Origin: an uncultured Gammaproteobacteria bacterium
GTDB taxonomy: Bacteria > Patescibacteriota > Patescibacteriia > UBA9570 > CAZNEH01
Length of the DNA stretch: 64,000 nt
Direction: 5' to 3'
Assembly (NCBI GenBank): GCA_964572175.1
Contig: CAZNEH010000002.1
Coordinates: 1,406 to 65,405 of the forward strand
In this document: positions 44,272-53,284 of the stretch, one piece after another
How the letters are laid out: each line of letters opens with the position of its first letter
Position numbering within the stretch: the stretch's first letter is position 1
Translations under genes and position numbers: made by a program
Notes under the pieces: model-generated
What the model was told of the DNA's origin: nothing
Databases searched by the model: none
The model's input: only the letters and a program-made list of their open reading frames with translations

Positions 44272-44365
44272 AAGTAAATAAAAATTAATTATTTTTTGTT
44301 AACTAATTTTAACAAAAAATAGGCTACCTGTCAAGCTCTTAAAAGAGCTAATTTTAGCCAATTAT

Positions 44366-44394
44366 TTGACATATTAACCTGGTCTTAGTAAGAT
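44366..44394 (+). promoter_or_regulatory. promoter of GC-rich gene 4
   Basis: TTGACA-17-TAAGAT. Confidence 0.7.
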
Positions 44395-44422
44395 AAAAAT
44401 GACTTCTACCAAGGAGAAAGTC

Positions 44423-45199
44423 ATGTCGACTCAAGCTCTCTTCGATCACACTGGTCGCCTCATCCCTCCTCCCAACCCTCGGTCCGGGTACGGGGTCTGT
44501 GATCCCGATCCCGAGTTCCACCTGATCCAGCCAGATATCGACTACTCAGTTCGATTAGCCCGAGCCATGGGGCTCTTGCCCGATGGCCTCGTCTGGCCTT
44601 CCGCAGCACAGTTCGCAGATGCCTGTCAGGCCCAGCTGGAGAGGCTGGGCCAAGATGAGCAGGCTCGCAACGCTCTCCACGGCGTGCACCTTCCGTTCTG
44701 CCTGCCGCAGATAGATGTTCACAACATGGGAGGCGTTCTGGACGAGGTCTTCCTGCCAGCTCTGGAGCAGGCCCTGGTGCCCCACCGCCGCTTTCGCAAT
44801 TCTCGCCAGGGCGATCTGGCCAAGATGGTTTCTACCTTCAGGGGTAGCCGCCATATTGACCTGGTCAAGAGACTGGCTCAAGAACCGATCATCGGGACCT
44901 GCTTCCCTGTCGCCCTGCAGGGGTTCTCGTCCAACGCCGCCAGAAGGCAGATCAAGGAAGTGCCTTCCAGCTGGATCCTCAGCGGGTTCGATCTGATCAT
45001 GGCCATGATTATGTACCCCGAGGTCTTTGGCAAGGGCATCAAGGTTCCGGCCATGTGGCCCCTGGCGTTCCTCGGAAAAGAAAGGGGGTACTCCTTCGAA
45101 GTCTGCACCTTCGATCCCCGCTACATCAGCTTCGGGATCATGGCCACTCACTTCTACGCCGGAAAGGCATGTTCCTCCGGACTGTCCTTCCTCGGGTAG
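44423..45199 (+). CDS. GC-rich gene 4: hypothetical protein
   Basis: C/G-ending codons; AAGGAG SD before ATG 44423; terminator 45203-45245. Confidence 0.7.
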   Translation: MSTQALFDHTGRLIPPPNPRSGYGVCDPDPEFHLIQPDIDYSVRLARAMGLLPDGLVWPSAAQFADACQAQLERLGQDEQARNALHGVHLPFCLPQIDVHNMGGVLDEVFLPALEQALVPHRRFRNSRQGDLAKMVSTFRGSRHIDLVKRLAQEPIIGTCFPVALQGFSSNAARRQIKEVPSSWILSGFDLIMAMIMYPEVFGKGIKVPAMWPLAFLGKERGYSFEVCTFDPRYISFGIMATHFYAGKACSSGLSFLG

Positions 45200-45202
45200 G
45201 AC

Positions 45203-45245
45203 GCAGGTGCTTTAGCTCACGGGCTATCGCACCTCGCTTTTTTTT
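45203..45245 (+). terminator. terminator of GC-rich gene 4 (overlaps the last codons of the convergent host gene)
   Basis: GCAGGTGC...GCACCTCGC followed by T8. Confidence 0.7.
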
Positions 45246-46450
45246 ACTAAAGTTGCCAGTAGCAACCAAAATATTAAGATAAAAGGGAAAGTTGTCCATA
45301 AGTAATGGTCAAATAATCCCATAAATAATAGCATTAACAGTAATATGCCCAGAGTAATAGTCCTTAGCTCTAACCTAGTATGCAATTTTTTTATCCAGTA
45401 ATAAATAGCATATCCCGCAATCATTAAAAAAGACAACAAACCAAATATTCCCAGTTCTGCTAAAATTAAAACATAAATATTATGAACTGGCTCACTAAAG
45501 TGCTCACTATAAGTACCTAGACCAATTCCAATCGGCCAGTACTTAGCTATAATACCTCCAGCCTCAACTTGTTGCTCCATTCTTTGTTCTACAGAGTAAA
45601 GTTCTAAACTTTGATCCATGTCAAATCGCGTCATCATTATCTGTGGGTAGATTAAAGAAAGAATAATAATCTTAATAAAAATTGCTCCAATTAATTTAGT
45701 TACTATTTTTCTGGGTCGATACAAAACCAAAAGTAACAACAATCCAAAACATAGTCCCAGCCAAGCTTGCCTAGAGAAAGTTAAGAAAAATCCAGTGGTT
45801 AAAAATATTAAGCTAGCTAAAGGAGCGTAGCGTTCTCTAATGTGATGCTTAATTCGACGCTCTTCAACTAAGTATAAATAAATTGCTAAAAACATTGCTA
45901 CCAATAAAAACATTCCTAAAATATTTGGATGGGGAAATGTTCCATAAGCCCTTAAGACTCTACCAAAATCTCCAGCTACTACTTGAGTACCTAAAACTTC
46001 TGGCAAATGCTCAGTCATACCCAGCCATTTACAAGCCCAAGTTTTTTGGAACCAAAATTGGACTATTCCTAAAATAGATTGAAGGACTCCAGCTACCACC
46101 CAAATCCAAGCCATTTTTTTAAAATCTAATTTAGTTCTTAAAATAATATAAGCAAGTAACAATCCTTCAGTTAAATGCAATAAATTATAACCAGACAACT
46201 CTTTATTGCTAGACCAGTATAAATTAAAAAAATTAACTACCCAGAAAAAACCCAACAGAGTTAAAAGAGCAGTATTTTTTGTTTCTTGTTTTTTGTTTAT
46301 TAAAAAGAAAATTAATAAAACAATAAAAATAATATCTAATCCATACAAAGAATAGATGCTATCTTCAAAGATATACCTCGTAGAAAAGGGGAGTAAAAAA
46401 ACCAGTAAATAAATTAGGTATTCAGGAGCTTTCTTAATGTGTTTTTTCAT
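45224..46450 (-). CDS. O-antigen ligase (Wzy_C) family membrane protein
   Basis: RAYGTFPHPN, LTFSR.AW, GIGLG, PVHNIY.LILAELG, FDHY. Confidence 0.88.
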   Translation of the reverse strand: MKKHIKKAPEYLIYLLVFLLPFSTRYIFEDSIYSLYGLDIIFIVLLIFFLINKKQETKNTALLTLLGFFWVVNFFNLYWSSNKELSGYNLLHLTEGLLLAYIILRTKLDFKKMAWIWVVAGVLQSILGIVQFWFQKTWACKWLGMTEHLPEVLGTQVVAGDFGRVLRAYGTFPHPNILGMFLLVAMFLAIYLYLVEERRIKHHIRERYAPLASLIFLTTGFFLTFSRQAWLGLCFGLLLLLVLYRPRKIVTKLIGAIFIKIIILSLIYPQIMMTRFDMDQSLELYSVEQRMEQQVEAGGIIAKYWPIGIGLGTYSEHFSEPVHNIYVLILAELGIFGLLSFLMIAGYAIYYWIKKLHTRLELRTITLGILLLMLLFMGLFDHYLWTTFPFILIFWLLLATLVKKSEVR

Positions 46451-46471
46451 GTTATTATTATAGCATAAAAA

Positions 46472-46496
46472 GTAAAGACGAGGCATGCCTCGTCTC
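46472..46496. repeat. GTAG-type REP-like palindrome
   Basis: GTAAAGACGAGGCATGCCTCGTCTC, 7 nt before ATG 46504. Confidence 0.75.
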
Positions 46497-46503
46497 AAAA
46501 AAT

Positions 46504-47739
46504 ATGGACCAAAAAAAATCAAATCTAGCCAATATTTGGCTAATTAGCGTTGTCGTTATCATTGTCTTATTATTAGTCATTTGCACTGGCTATTATTTAT
46601 GGGCTAATGAAAAAAACCAAACCATTGCCCCCATTAACATTAACACTGAAGAAGATTTATCCGCCGCAGCTTCAGCGGAGGCGGAGGTTATTTCCGAAGA
46701 CTTTTTAGCTTATTTTAAGGTCAGAAACGAAGATGATGTAGAAATTTATCGAGTGGACAAAGATGGAGAAACTAATTTAATTAAAACTTATAACGAAGAC
46801 TTGGGAGATAGAGTGGCCTTAACTTATCTATTAAATAACCCAGACATCTATATTTCTGGTTTGGGAGAAAACGAATATACTGTGATCGACTCTTCTGGCT
46901 CAGATATTAGTTCAGAGTATCCTTATTTTAAAAAGAAAAACTTTGACGTTACTAACTATGTTAAAGTTCCAGGCTATGAAAGACTAGTTTATTCTTTAGG
47001 TCCTGGTCAAGATCAATTAGAAGGCAAGCCTTTAATTGTGTCTGCCTATGATCACAGCACCATCGACTATATTGAAACAGAGGAAATCCCAAATACTATT
47101 ATTAGTAACCGTCCTTTTGCCTGGTCTAACGACGAACAAGATTTATATGTTACCAAAGTTGGCTGGGAATGCTTTGATCACGCTGATCTATGGAAGGTTC
47201 GCTTTGACTCCAAAGAAGTGACCCACTTAGACCAAGCTGATCAACTAGCTTTAGGAGAGCTAAGTGTTAATCCTGATCAAGATTTGGCCGTGGGTATAGA
47301 AATGGCCGAAGTTCCTTGCACTGAATGCATGTGCGGCACTAGAGGCGGCGCTCCTTCTGCTATTTATTCCTTTAATTTAGCAGACAATACCTATCAAGAA
47401 GTATTAGTGAGCGAAGATCGTCTCTTATACAACATTGCCTTATCTCCAGATGGTCAAAAAATATTTTACTTAGAAAGTATTTCTGAATTTGGAGCCTCTG
47501 GAGACCTTTACATGGCTAATATCGATGGTTCAGATGAGCAAAAAATTGCCGAAGACACTCTTTTACAAGCCATGTCTGAAGATGGAAGCATTATCATCAT
47601 TGGTACTAATAATTACACTTTAATGAATTTATCTGATGACACCGAAGTCTCCTTAACTGCTGACAGCTTAACTGATGATTCCGTAACCAGCTTTATTAAT
47701 TGTAACTATCCTCTAGGATTTAGTTGTTTATACGAATAA
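46504..47739 (+). CDS. membrane-anchored TolB-like beta-propeller protein
   Basis: N-terminal TM; WSND, LSPDGQKIFY, ANIDGS, SEDGS repeats. Confidence 0.7.
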   Translation: MDQKKSNLANIWLISVVVIIVLLLVICTGYYLWANEKNQTIAPININTEEDLSAAASAEAEVISEDFLAYFKVRNEDDVEIYRVDKDGETNLIKTYNEDLGDRVALTYLLNNPDIYISGLGENEYTVIDSSGSDISSEYPYFKKKNFDVTNYVKVPGYERLVYSLGPGQDQLEGKPLIVSAYDHSTIDYIETEEIPNTIISNRPFAWSNDEQDLYVTKVGWECFDHADLWKVRFDSKEVTHLDQADQLALGELSVNPDQDLAVGIEMAEVPCTECMCGTRGGAPSAIYSFNLADNTYQEVLVSEDRLLYNIALSPDGQKIFYLESISEFGASGDLYMANIDGSDEQKIAEDTLLQAMSEDGSIIIIGTNNYTLMNLSDDTEVSLTADSLTDDSVTSFINCNYPLGFSCLYE

Positions 47740-47741
47740 CC

Positions 47742-48227
47742 ATGAAACTACTTAAAGAACTTCATCAGCACAATCCAGATATAAATTACAAAGTCCGCAA
47801 AGCTGGTCGGGCCGTGCTCTTTGCTGAAGACAAAGTCGCCCTACTTTATGTAGGTAAAAAAAATTACCACAAGCTTCCTGGCGGGGGAGTTAAGCCAGAA
47901 GAAGATATTAAACAAGGCTTAGCTCGAGAATTAATGGAGGAAACTGGCTGCGAGGCTAAAGTAAATGGTGAGATAGGCATGACTATCGAGTATCGAGACG
48001 AGTTTGAACAAATTCAATTTTCTTATTGTTATCTAGCTAAAGTTACTAAAGATTGCCAGACTCTATCTTTCACAGATAAAGAAAAAGCCGATGGATTTGA
48101 ACTTAAATGGGTCAGCCTAGACGAAGCTATTAAATTATTAGAATTAGACCAACCAGATAACTATGCTGGTAAGTTTATAGTGGCCCGAGATTTAACATTT
48201 TTAAAAGAAGTTAAAAATATAATATGA
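47742..48227 (+). CDS. NUDIX hydrolase
   Basis: LPGGGVKPEE....GLARELMEETG Nudix box. Confidence 0.92.
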   Translation: MKLLKELHQHNPDINYKVRKAGRAVLFAEDKVALLYVGKKNYHKLPGGGVKPEEDIKQGLARELMEETGCEAKVNGEIGMTIEYRDEFEQIQFSYCYLAKVTKDCQTLSFTDKEKADGFELKWVSLDEAIKLLELDQPDNYAGKFIVARDLTFLKEVKNII

Positions 48228-48475
48228 ACATCGAACAAGAAATTACTCAAATCAAAAAGCGCAATAAAAAAGTTGAGGCCGACAAAGCCTGGGAAACCAG
48301 CTGGATCCGTCGTATTACCATTGCCATTCTCACTTATTTTGTTATCGTCATCTTCTTCTTTGTCGCCGATCTACCACGTCCTTTTATTAATGCCATTGTT
48401 CCGACCTTAGGATTTATCCTTTCCACTTTAACAGTTTCATTATTAAAGAGCATCTGGATAAAAAAGTATGATTAA
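48224..48475 (+). CDS. small conserved membrane protein
   Basis: RNKKVEADKAWETSW plus two TMs; ATGA overlap with the upstream gene. Confidence 0.7.
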   Translation: MNIEQEITQIKKRNKKVEADKAWETSWIRRITIAILTYFVIVIFFFVADLPRPFINAIVPTLGFILSTLTVSLLKSIWIKKYD

Positions 48476-49118
48476 AGCCATAATTTTCGACATGGACGGA
48501 GTTCTGGCCGATACTGACATGGCTAGATTTAGATTACTTAAAGTTATTTTAGCCAAACGAGGGATTGTCTTGACTGATGAGGATACTAAAAAGGGAACTG
48601 GTAAAAGAACTAAGGTTTTTCTTAAAGAACTTTTTGGCGACCAGCTTAATGATGAGGAAATCCAAGAAATTTACGATCAAAGAATAAGCGAATACAGAGC
48701 TAATCATGATCAGTATATTATTCCTCAGCCTGGAGCTGTTGCTTGCGTCCGTAGTTTATGTAAAGAGTTTCCTATGGCCATTGCCTCAGCCTCTGATCTT
48801 AGAGACATTAAAATGGTTTTAAAAAAATTAGATCTTACCGATTGTTTTAAAGAAATAGTGGGAGACGAAATGGTTTCTCAACGAAAACCTCATCCAGAAA
48901 CTTATTTAAAAGCTGCTGAAGCTATCGGCTTTGACCCTAGTGAGTGTGTGGCTATTGAAGACTCTCCAACCGGAGTCGCTTCTGCCAAAGCTGCCGGCCT
49001 TACTTGTGTCGCCGTTACCTATGTTCATCCTAAAGAAGATCTTCAAGAAGCAGATCTGATTGTTGATTCTTTAGAGGAGGTCACGCCTGAATATATTAAG
49101 CAGATCCAAAATGACTAA
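48468..49118 (+). CDS. HAD-family phosphatase (beta-PGM/CbbY-like)
   Basis: FDMDGVL, KPHPE.Y, IEDS..GV..A..AG. Confidence 0.92.
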   Translation: MIKAIIFDMDGVLADTDMARFRLLKVILAKRGIVLTDEDTKKGTGKRTKVFLKELFGDQLNDEEIQEIYDQRISEYRANHDQYIIPQPGAVACVRSLCKEFPMAIASASDLRDIKMVLKKLDLTDCFKEIVGDEMVSQRKPHPETYLKAAEAIGFDPSECVAIEDSPTGVASAKAAGLTCVAVTYVHPKEDLQEADLIVDSLEEVTPEYIKQIQND

Positions 49119-49680
49119 ATACATTCTTTACGGAGGAAATAATCAACAAAATCCTGACGCCAGCGATCTTAGTTATTTTTCAGAGTTAACCAAGGACTTA
49201 AGCGGTCCAGTAAAAATTCTTTTGGTGTACTTTGCTAGAGAAAAACAAGATTGGATTAAAATGGGTCAAGAAGATAGTAGTCTATTTTCCACGCACTCTT
49301 CCGGAAAAGAATTCAGGTTCTTACTTGCCGAAGAAGATAAGGATATTTTAGAAGATCAAATTAAACAAGCAGACATTATTTATATCCGCGGAGGAAAAAC
49401 TCCTCAATTAAAATCAGTTTTAGAAAAAGTAGATAACTTAAAAGAATTATTTAGAAATAAAGTTATTTTTGGTTCTTCTGCCGGAGTCTATGTTTTAGCA
49501 AAGTATTATTATACTAATAGCCTCGACACTATTTTAGGAGGATTAAACATTTTACCTACTAAAGCTTTTTGTCATTACGATGACAGTAAAAAAGAAAAGC
49601 TAGAAAAATTAAAAAACCACCAAGAAGAGTTAGAAGTAGTAATTCTTCCCGAAGGTAAATATATTATTAAAAATGACTGA
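49111..49680 (+). CDS. peptidase E / S51-like (class I GAT-like) protein
   Basis: ADIIYIRGGKT, GSSAG, CHY. Confidence 0.8.
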   Translation: MTKYILYGGNNQQNPDASDLSYFSELTKDLSGPVKILLVYFAREKQDWIKMGQEDSSLFSTHSSGKEFRFLLAEEDKDILEDQIKQADIIYIRGGKTPQLKSVLEKVDNLKELFRNKVIFGSSAGVYVLAKYYYTNSLDTILGGLNILPTKAFCHYDDSKKEKLEKLKNHQEELEVVILPEGKYIIKND

Positions 49681-50428
49681 ACAAAAAGTTTTTATTACCA
49701 ACAAAGAGGGAGAAAAACTAGTTGGCCTTAAAGCTACTCCTGATTTAGAGCAAGAAGAATATCCTACTGCTATCTTGGTTCACGGTTTTGGAGTTACCAA
49801 AGAAGAGTACGGACTTTTTGACGGCTTAACTAAAAACTTAACTGACGCTGGAATTATGGTTTTTCGTTTTGACTTTTCTGGGTGTGGAGAAAGCGAAGGA
49901 GATTACAGTCAAACTTCTTTAACTAAATTAGGAGAAGAGCTAAAAGAAATTATTAATTACGTTAAAGCAGACGATCAAGTTGATCTAAATAAAATTGGCT
50001 TAGTAGGACAATCTTTAGGAACCTCAACTATAATTTCTATCAAACCTCAAGTCCAGGTCATTGCTTTAACCGGGTCTATTAATTCACCTAAACCAGGATT
50101 TATTAAAAAATTTGGCGCAGGCTATAATCCAGAGGGGATGTCTCAGGTCGAACGCTCTGACGGACGAATTACTAAAATGGGAGCTCAATTTTTTTCTGAT
50201 TTTGATAATTATAATTTACTAGAATCTATTACTAAGATTAATTGCCCGATATTATTTATTCATGGCGCTAAAGACAATAAAGTTTCTCCAGATCAAACCG
50301 AAGAGTATTATAAAAATTATTCAGGAGTAAAAGAAAAAATAATTTTAGATGAGGCAGACCATGATTTAGAACCGCAAAGAGAAGAGGTTTATAAGTTGAT
50401 TGCTAATTGGTTTAAGAAGTATTTATAA
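49673..50428 (+). CDS. alpha/beta hydrolase
   Basis: HGF, RFDFSGCGESEG, GQSLG nucleophile, HGAKD, ADH. Confidence 0.9.
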   Translation: MTEQKVFITNKEGEKLVGLKATPDLEQEEYPTAILVHGFGVTKEEYGLFDGLTKNLTDAGIMVFRFDFSGCGESEGDYSQTSLTKLGEELKEIINYVKADDQVDLNKIGLVGQSLGTSTIISIKPQVQVIALTGSINSPKPGFIKKFGAGYNPEGMSQVERSDGRITKMGAQFFSDFDNYNLLESITKINCPILFIHGAKDNKVSPDQTEEYYKNYSGVKEKIILDEADHDLEPQREEVYKLIANWFKKYL

Positions 50429-50431
50429 AAT

Positions 50432-51658
50432 ATGAAAGATAAATTTATTGTAGCTATTAGCAGAGATCCGGCTTTAATAAGTTATTGCCAGCCAGACTTG
50501 ATTATTACTACTAATAAAGTTAATTCATACGGTAGCATCCCAACTATTTGTTTACAAGATTTTTTACCAGAAGATTCGTTTCTTAGCTTATATGACACAC
50601 AGTTGATGGCTATTATCAACCATGAGAATAAAGATTTTCAAAAATTAGTTTTAAAAGAAATAAAAACCAGGGCTCAGAACAAAGAAATATTTGTTAATCC
50701 ATACTATAATGCTCACACTGAAACATTAAGAAAAAATGATTTTAATATTATTGGTCCGTCAGATGATTTAGCTTATAAATTTTCTAGTAAAACAGAAGCC
50801 TATAAAATTGCCTTAAAAGAAAAAGTTCCAGTTGCTCCAGGGGAAATAAATGTCAACCCAGAAGAGATAAAAAATCTTTTTGAAAAAAATCCCTTAGGCT
50901 TGTTTGTGGCTGAAGATTATAATCACTATTATCCTAATAATTTTTATATTTCTAAGTCTGACGATTTATCTAAATTGAATCCAAAGTCTAAATATTTAGT
51001 TACTATTTGGCAGAAAAATATTATTAATAGTCCAAACACCCAGGTTATCATTGGTCCGAAAAAAATACTTTACCTAGGAATCACTGATCAAATTATTAAA
51101 AAAGGAGTAAAATATTATGGAAATAATTATCCTTGCACTTCCTCTGCACAAAACCAGGACAGAATAAAAGAATATAGCTTAGCTATAGCTAAGGCAATGC
51201 AAAAAGAGGGGTATAGAGGCTTTGCCGGCTTTGACTGGATAGAGGTAGAATCAGGAGAAATATTCATGGTGGAAATAAACCCTCGCAAAAATAGATCTTC
51301 AGCTATTTTAGCTGGCATGCTAGACTATTACCGCCCTTCTTCTGCTCCTTCTATTTTTGAATTAGAAATTATGGCTACCGAAAACCAGGACTGGGAAGCA
51401 GAGGAGTGGAAAGTTCCAGACAATATTAAATGGACTATGGAAGTTTATAAAATTTATAAAGAAAAAAAAGTTAAAGAAAATATTTTACCCTCTTATTCTG
51501 AACAAAATATTTTTAACACAGAAAATCAATATAGTATTTTAAATTTCCCAAAAAAAGATCAAGTCCTAACCCCTGATTGCCCAGATATAGCTAGAATTAT
51601 TACCATTGGTTCCAATGATACCGATGAAGCAAAAGATAAAATAAAAAAATATCTATGA
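50432..51658 (+). CDS. ATP-grasp fold protein
   Basis: K..AYK.A....VPVAPG, GYRGFAGFDWI, MVEINPR. Confidence 0.8.
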   Translation: MKDKFIVAISRDPALISYCQPDLIITTNKVNSYGSIPTICLQDFLPEDSFLSLYDTQLMAIINHENKDFQKLVLKEIKTRAQNKEIFVNPYYNAHTETLRKNDFNIIGPSDDLAYKFSSKTEAYKIALKEKVPVAPGEINVNPEEIKNLFEKNPLGLFVAEDYNHYYPNNFYISKSDDLSKLNPKSKYLVTIWQKNIINSPNTQVIIGPKKILYLGITDQIIKKGVKYYGNNYPCTSSAQNQDRIKEYSLAIAKAMQKEGYRGFAGFDWIEVESGEIFMVEINPRKNRSSAILAGMLDYYRPSSAPSIFELEIMATENQDWEAEEWKVPDNIKWTMEVYKIYKEKKVKENILPSYSEQNIFNTENQYSILNFPKKDQVLTPDCPDIARIITIGSNDTDEAKDKIKKYL

Positions 51659-52086
51659 AAGCAATAATTTTCGACTACAACGGAGTCCTTAACACTGGCG
51701 CCGACATCAAAGAGACTATTTCAAAGTTAAGTAAAGACTATAAATTATTTATTGCTTCTAGCTCTAGCTTAAGTAACATTAAGGGATTATTAGAAGAGCA
51801 AAATTTATTAAAACACTTTACTGAAATTTTAGGTTATGATTCTAGTTTAAGTAAACTAGATAAATTTAAAAGCCTTATTAAAGATCACTCCTTAGAGCCT
51901 AATGATGTAATTTTTATCACTGACACCAGCGGAGACATTTTACAAGCCAGAGAAGCCAAAATTGGCCATATTATAGGCATCTTAGGCGGCTGGCAAGACA
52001 AAAAAACCCTAGCCAGGGCAAATCCTGAAATAATAGTTGATAACTTTCAAGAACTACCCAAAGAAATAAAAACATTATATAAATAA
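51655..52086 (+). CDS. HAD-family hydrolase (capless)
   Basis: IFDYNGVL, FITDT.GDI..A. Confidence 0.8.
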   Translation: MKAIIFDYNGVLNTGADIKETISKLSKDYKLFIASSSSLSNIKGLLEEQNLLKHFTEILGYDSSLSKLDKFKSLIKDHSLEPNDVIFITDTSGDILQAREAKIGHIIGILGGWQDKKTLARANPEIIVDNFQELPKEIKTLYK

Positions 52087-52131
52087 CCGCGTGGTCCCAC
52101 ACCCGCGGTTTAAAATAAAAAAAAGGATGGG

Positions 52132-52302
52132 AGGGGGTAAGGTTAGAGGACGTCTCTGCAGACCAGCATCCGGTTTCCCGCCGGACAACCGCTTAAAACA
52201 GCGGATAGTCCCGGATTTACACGGTCGAGATTCGAATCTCCTCCTTATACCCCCTGTTACAAACTTCAGTGACCGCTCTGCTGGCGATGTTAAAGTTTGT
52301 CC
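52132..52302. ncRNA. candidate structured non-coding RNA (6S-like rod or unknown)
   Basis: GC-richer intergenic stretch between convergent genes with nested pairings AGGGGGTA/TACCCCCT, GACC/GGTC, ATCCG/CGGAT, GGAC/GTCC, CCGCT/AGCGG; second hairpin ACAAACTT/AAGTTTGT. Confidence 0.45.
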
Positions 52303-52310
52303 CAGTTATT

Positions 52311-53222
52311 TTAAATACTATCTATCTTTTTAATTCTTGTCAACCATTCAGCTTGATACTTTTCTCGATTATCAGTTCCATGAAATTTCAACATTTTATC
52401 AGTAACCACTACTCTAGAGTCTTTATTTTTTAATTCTTTTAATTTTTCAGGCAATATTTTAAGTTGAATTTGTTTATATAAATTTTCTCCAGGTATTTTT
52501 TCTAAAGTTTTTTTAATCCATCTACGACCAGGAGTCTTGATTACTCGCGGCGCAAAAGCCAGTTTATAGCCATAGCTGTTTGGCAAGTATTTTTTAATCC
52601 AAGTATTGGCTCGACGTAGTTTATAATAAGCTTGCTTAGTGGTATAAAGGGGGAGTAGTTGATCCACCCAATAAGTTAAATAAATATCTCGTTGCGGGTG
52701 GACTTTTAATTTTTCTAAGTTCAATCTTCCCTCAACCGCAAAAAAACTTAAACAAATAGTGTCCTCGGTTCTTCTTTCAGATGGTCGAAGTCCTAAAATT
52801 TTCACTAAGGCAGTTGTAAAAAGCCTGGCTGTCCAAATTTTTCCTGGAACTGTGGTAATAAACAAATCAATATCACTTTCTTTACGAGAATTATGAAAAG
52901 CTAAATTATTACACAAAAAAATACCGCGTACCTGGGGCATGAGTGAAAGCAAGGTAATATATTTTTTAGCTCGTTTAATTTTTTGTTCAGCTAATCTATA
53001 TCTATATAGCCTAGTTTCTATATTTTTTTCTCTTCCCTTCAAGCAATAAAATCCTTTTACTTGATTTATTTCTGTAATTTCATCTAAGGCTAGTTTTATT
53101 TTATTAATATCTTCTTCTTTATATCTCCACAGCCATTTTTTAATTTCCAGCAAAGTTAAAGGATACTCAAAAATATCAAAATAAGATAGAGTCTGGTAAA
53201 TTGCTTTATTCAAATTATTCAT
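52311..53222 (-). CDS. nucleotidyltransferase-domain protein
   Basis: TLSYFDIFEYPLT..EI, N.AF.N....SDIDLFI (Pol-beta-like DxD). Confidence 0.7.
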   Translation of the reverse strand: MNNLNKAIYQTLSYFDIFEYPLTLLEIKKWLWRYKEEDINKIKLALDEITEINQVKGFYCLKGREKNIETRLYRYRLAEQKIKRAKKYITLLSLMPQVRGIFLCNNLAFHNSRKESDIDLFITTVPGKIWTARLFTTALVKILGLRPSERRTEDTICLSFFAVEGRLNLEKLKVHPQRDIYLTYWVDQLLPLYTTKQAYYKLRRANTWIKKYLPNSYGYKLAFAPRVIKTPGRRWIKKTLEKIPGENLYKQIQLKILPEKLKELKNKDSRVVVTDKMLKFHGTDNREKYQAEWLTRIKKIDSI

Positions 53223-53238
53223 AATATATTTCTTAGCT

Positions 53239-53274
53239 CCCTCTCCACGAAGGTGGAGAGGGCGGGGGGAGAGG
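53239..53274 (+). repeat. BoxC/PIT-like repeat copy 6
   Basis: Identical to copy 4: CCCTCTCCACGAAGGTGGAGAGGGCGGGGGGAGAGG. Confidence 0.85.
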
Positions 53275-53284
53275 AAAGAGGAGA

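Noticed and set aside
44272-44365. CIRCE/HrcA operator upstream of groES
   Set aside because: No TTAGCACTC-N9-GAGTGCTAA; only a TTGACA-17-TAAAAT promoter and a short unrelated palindrome.
52091-52333. 80-aa ORF in the structured intergenic region, and a tRNA-like TTCGAAT
   Set aside because: No SD or recognisable protein features, and no cloverleaf or proper T-stem. Nested base-pairing explains the region better.
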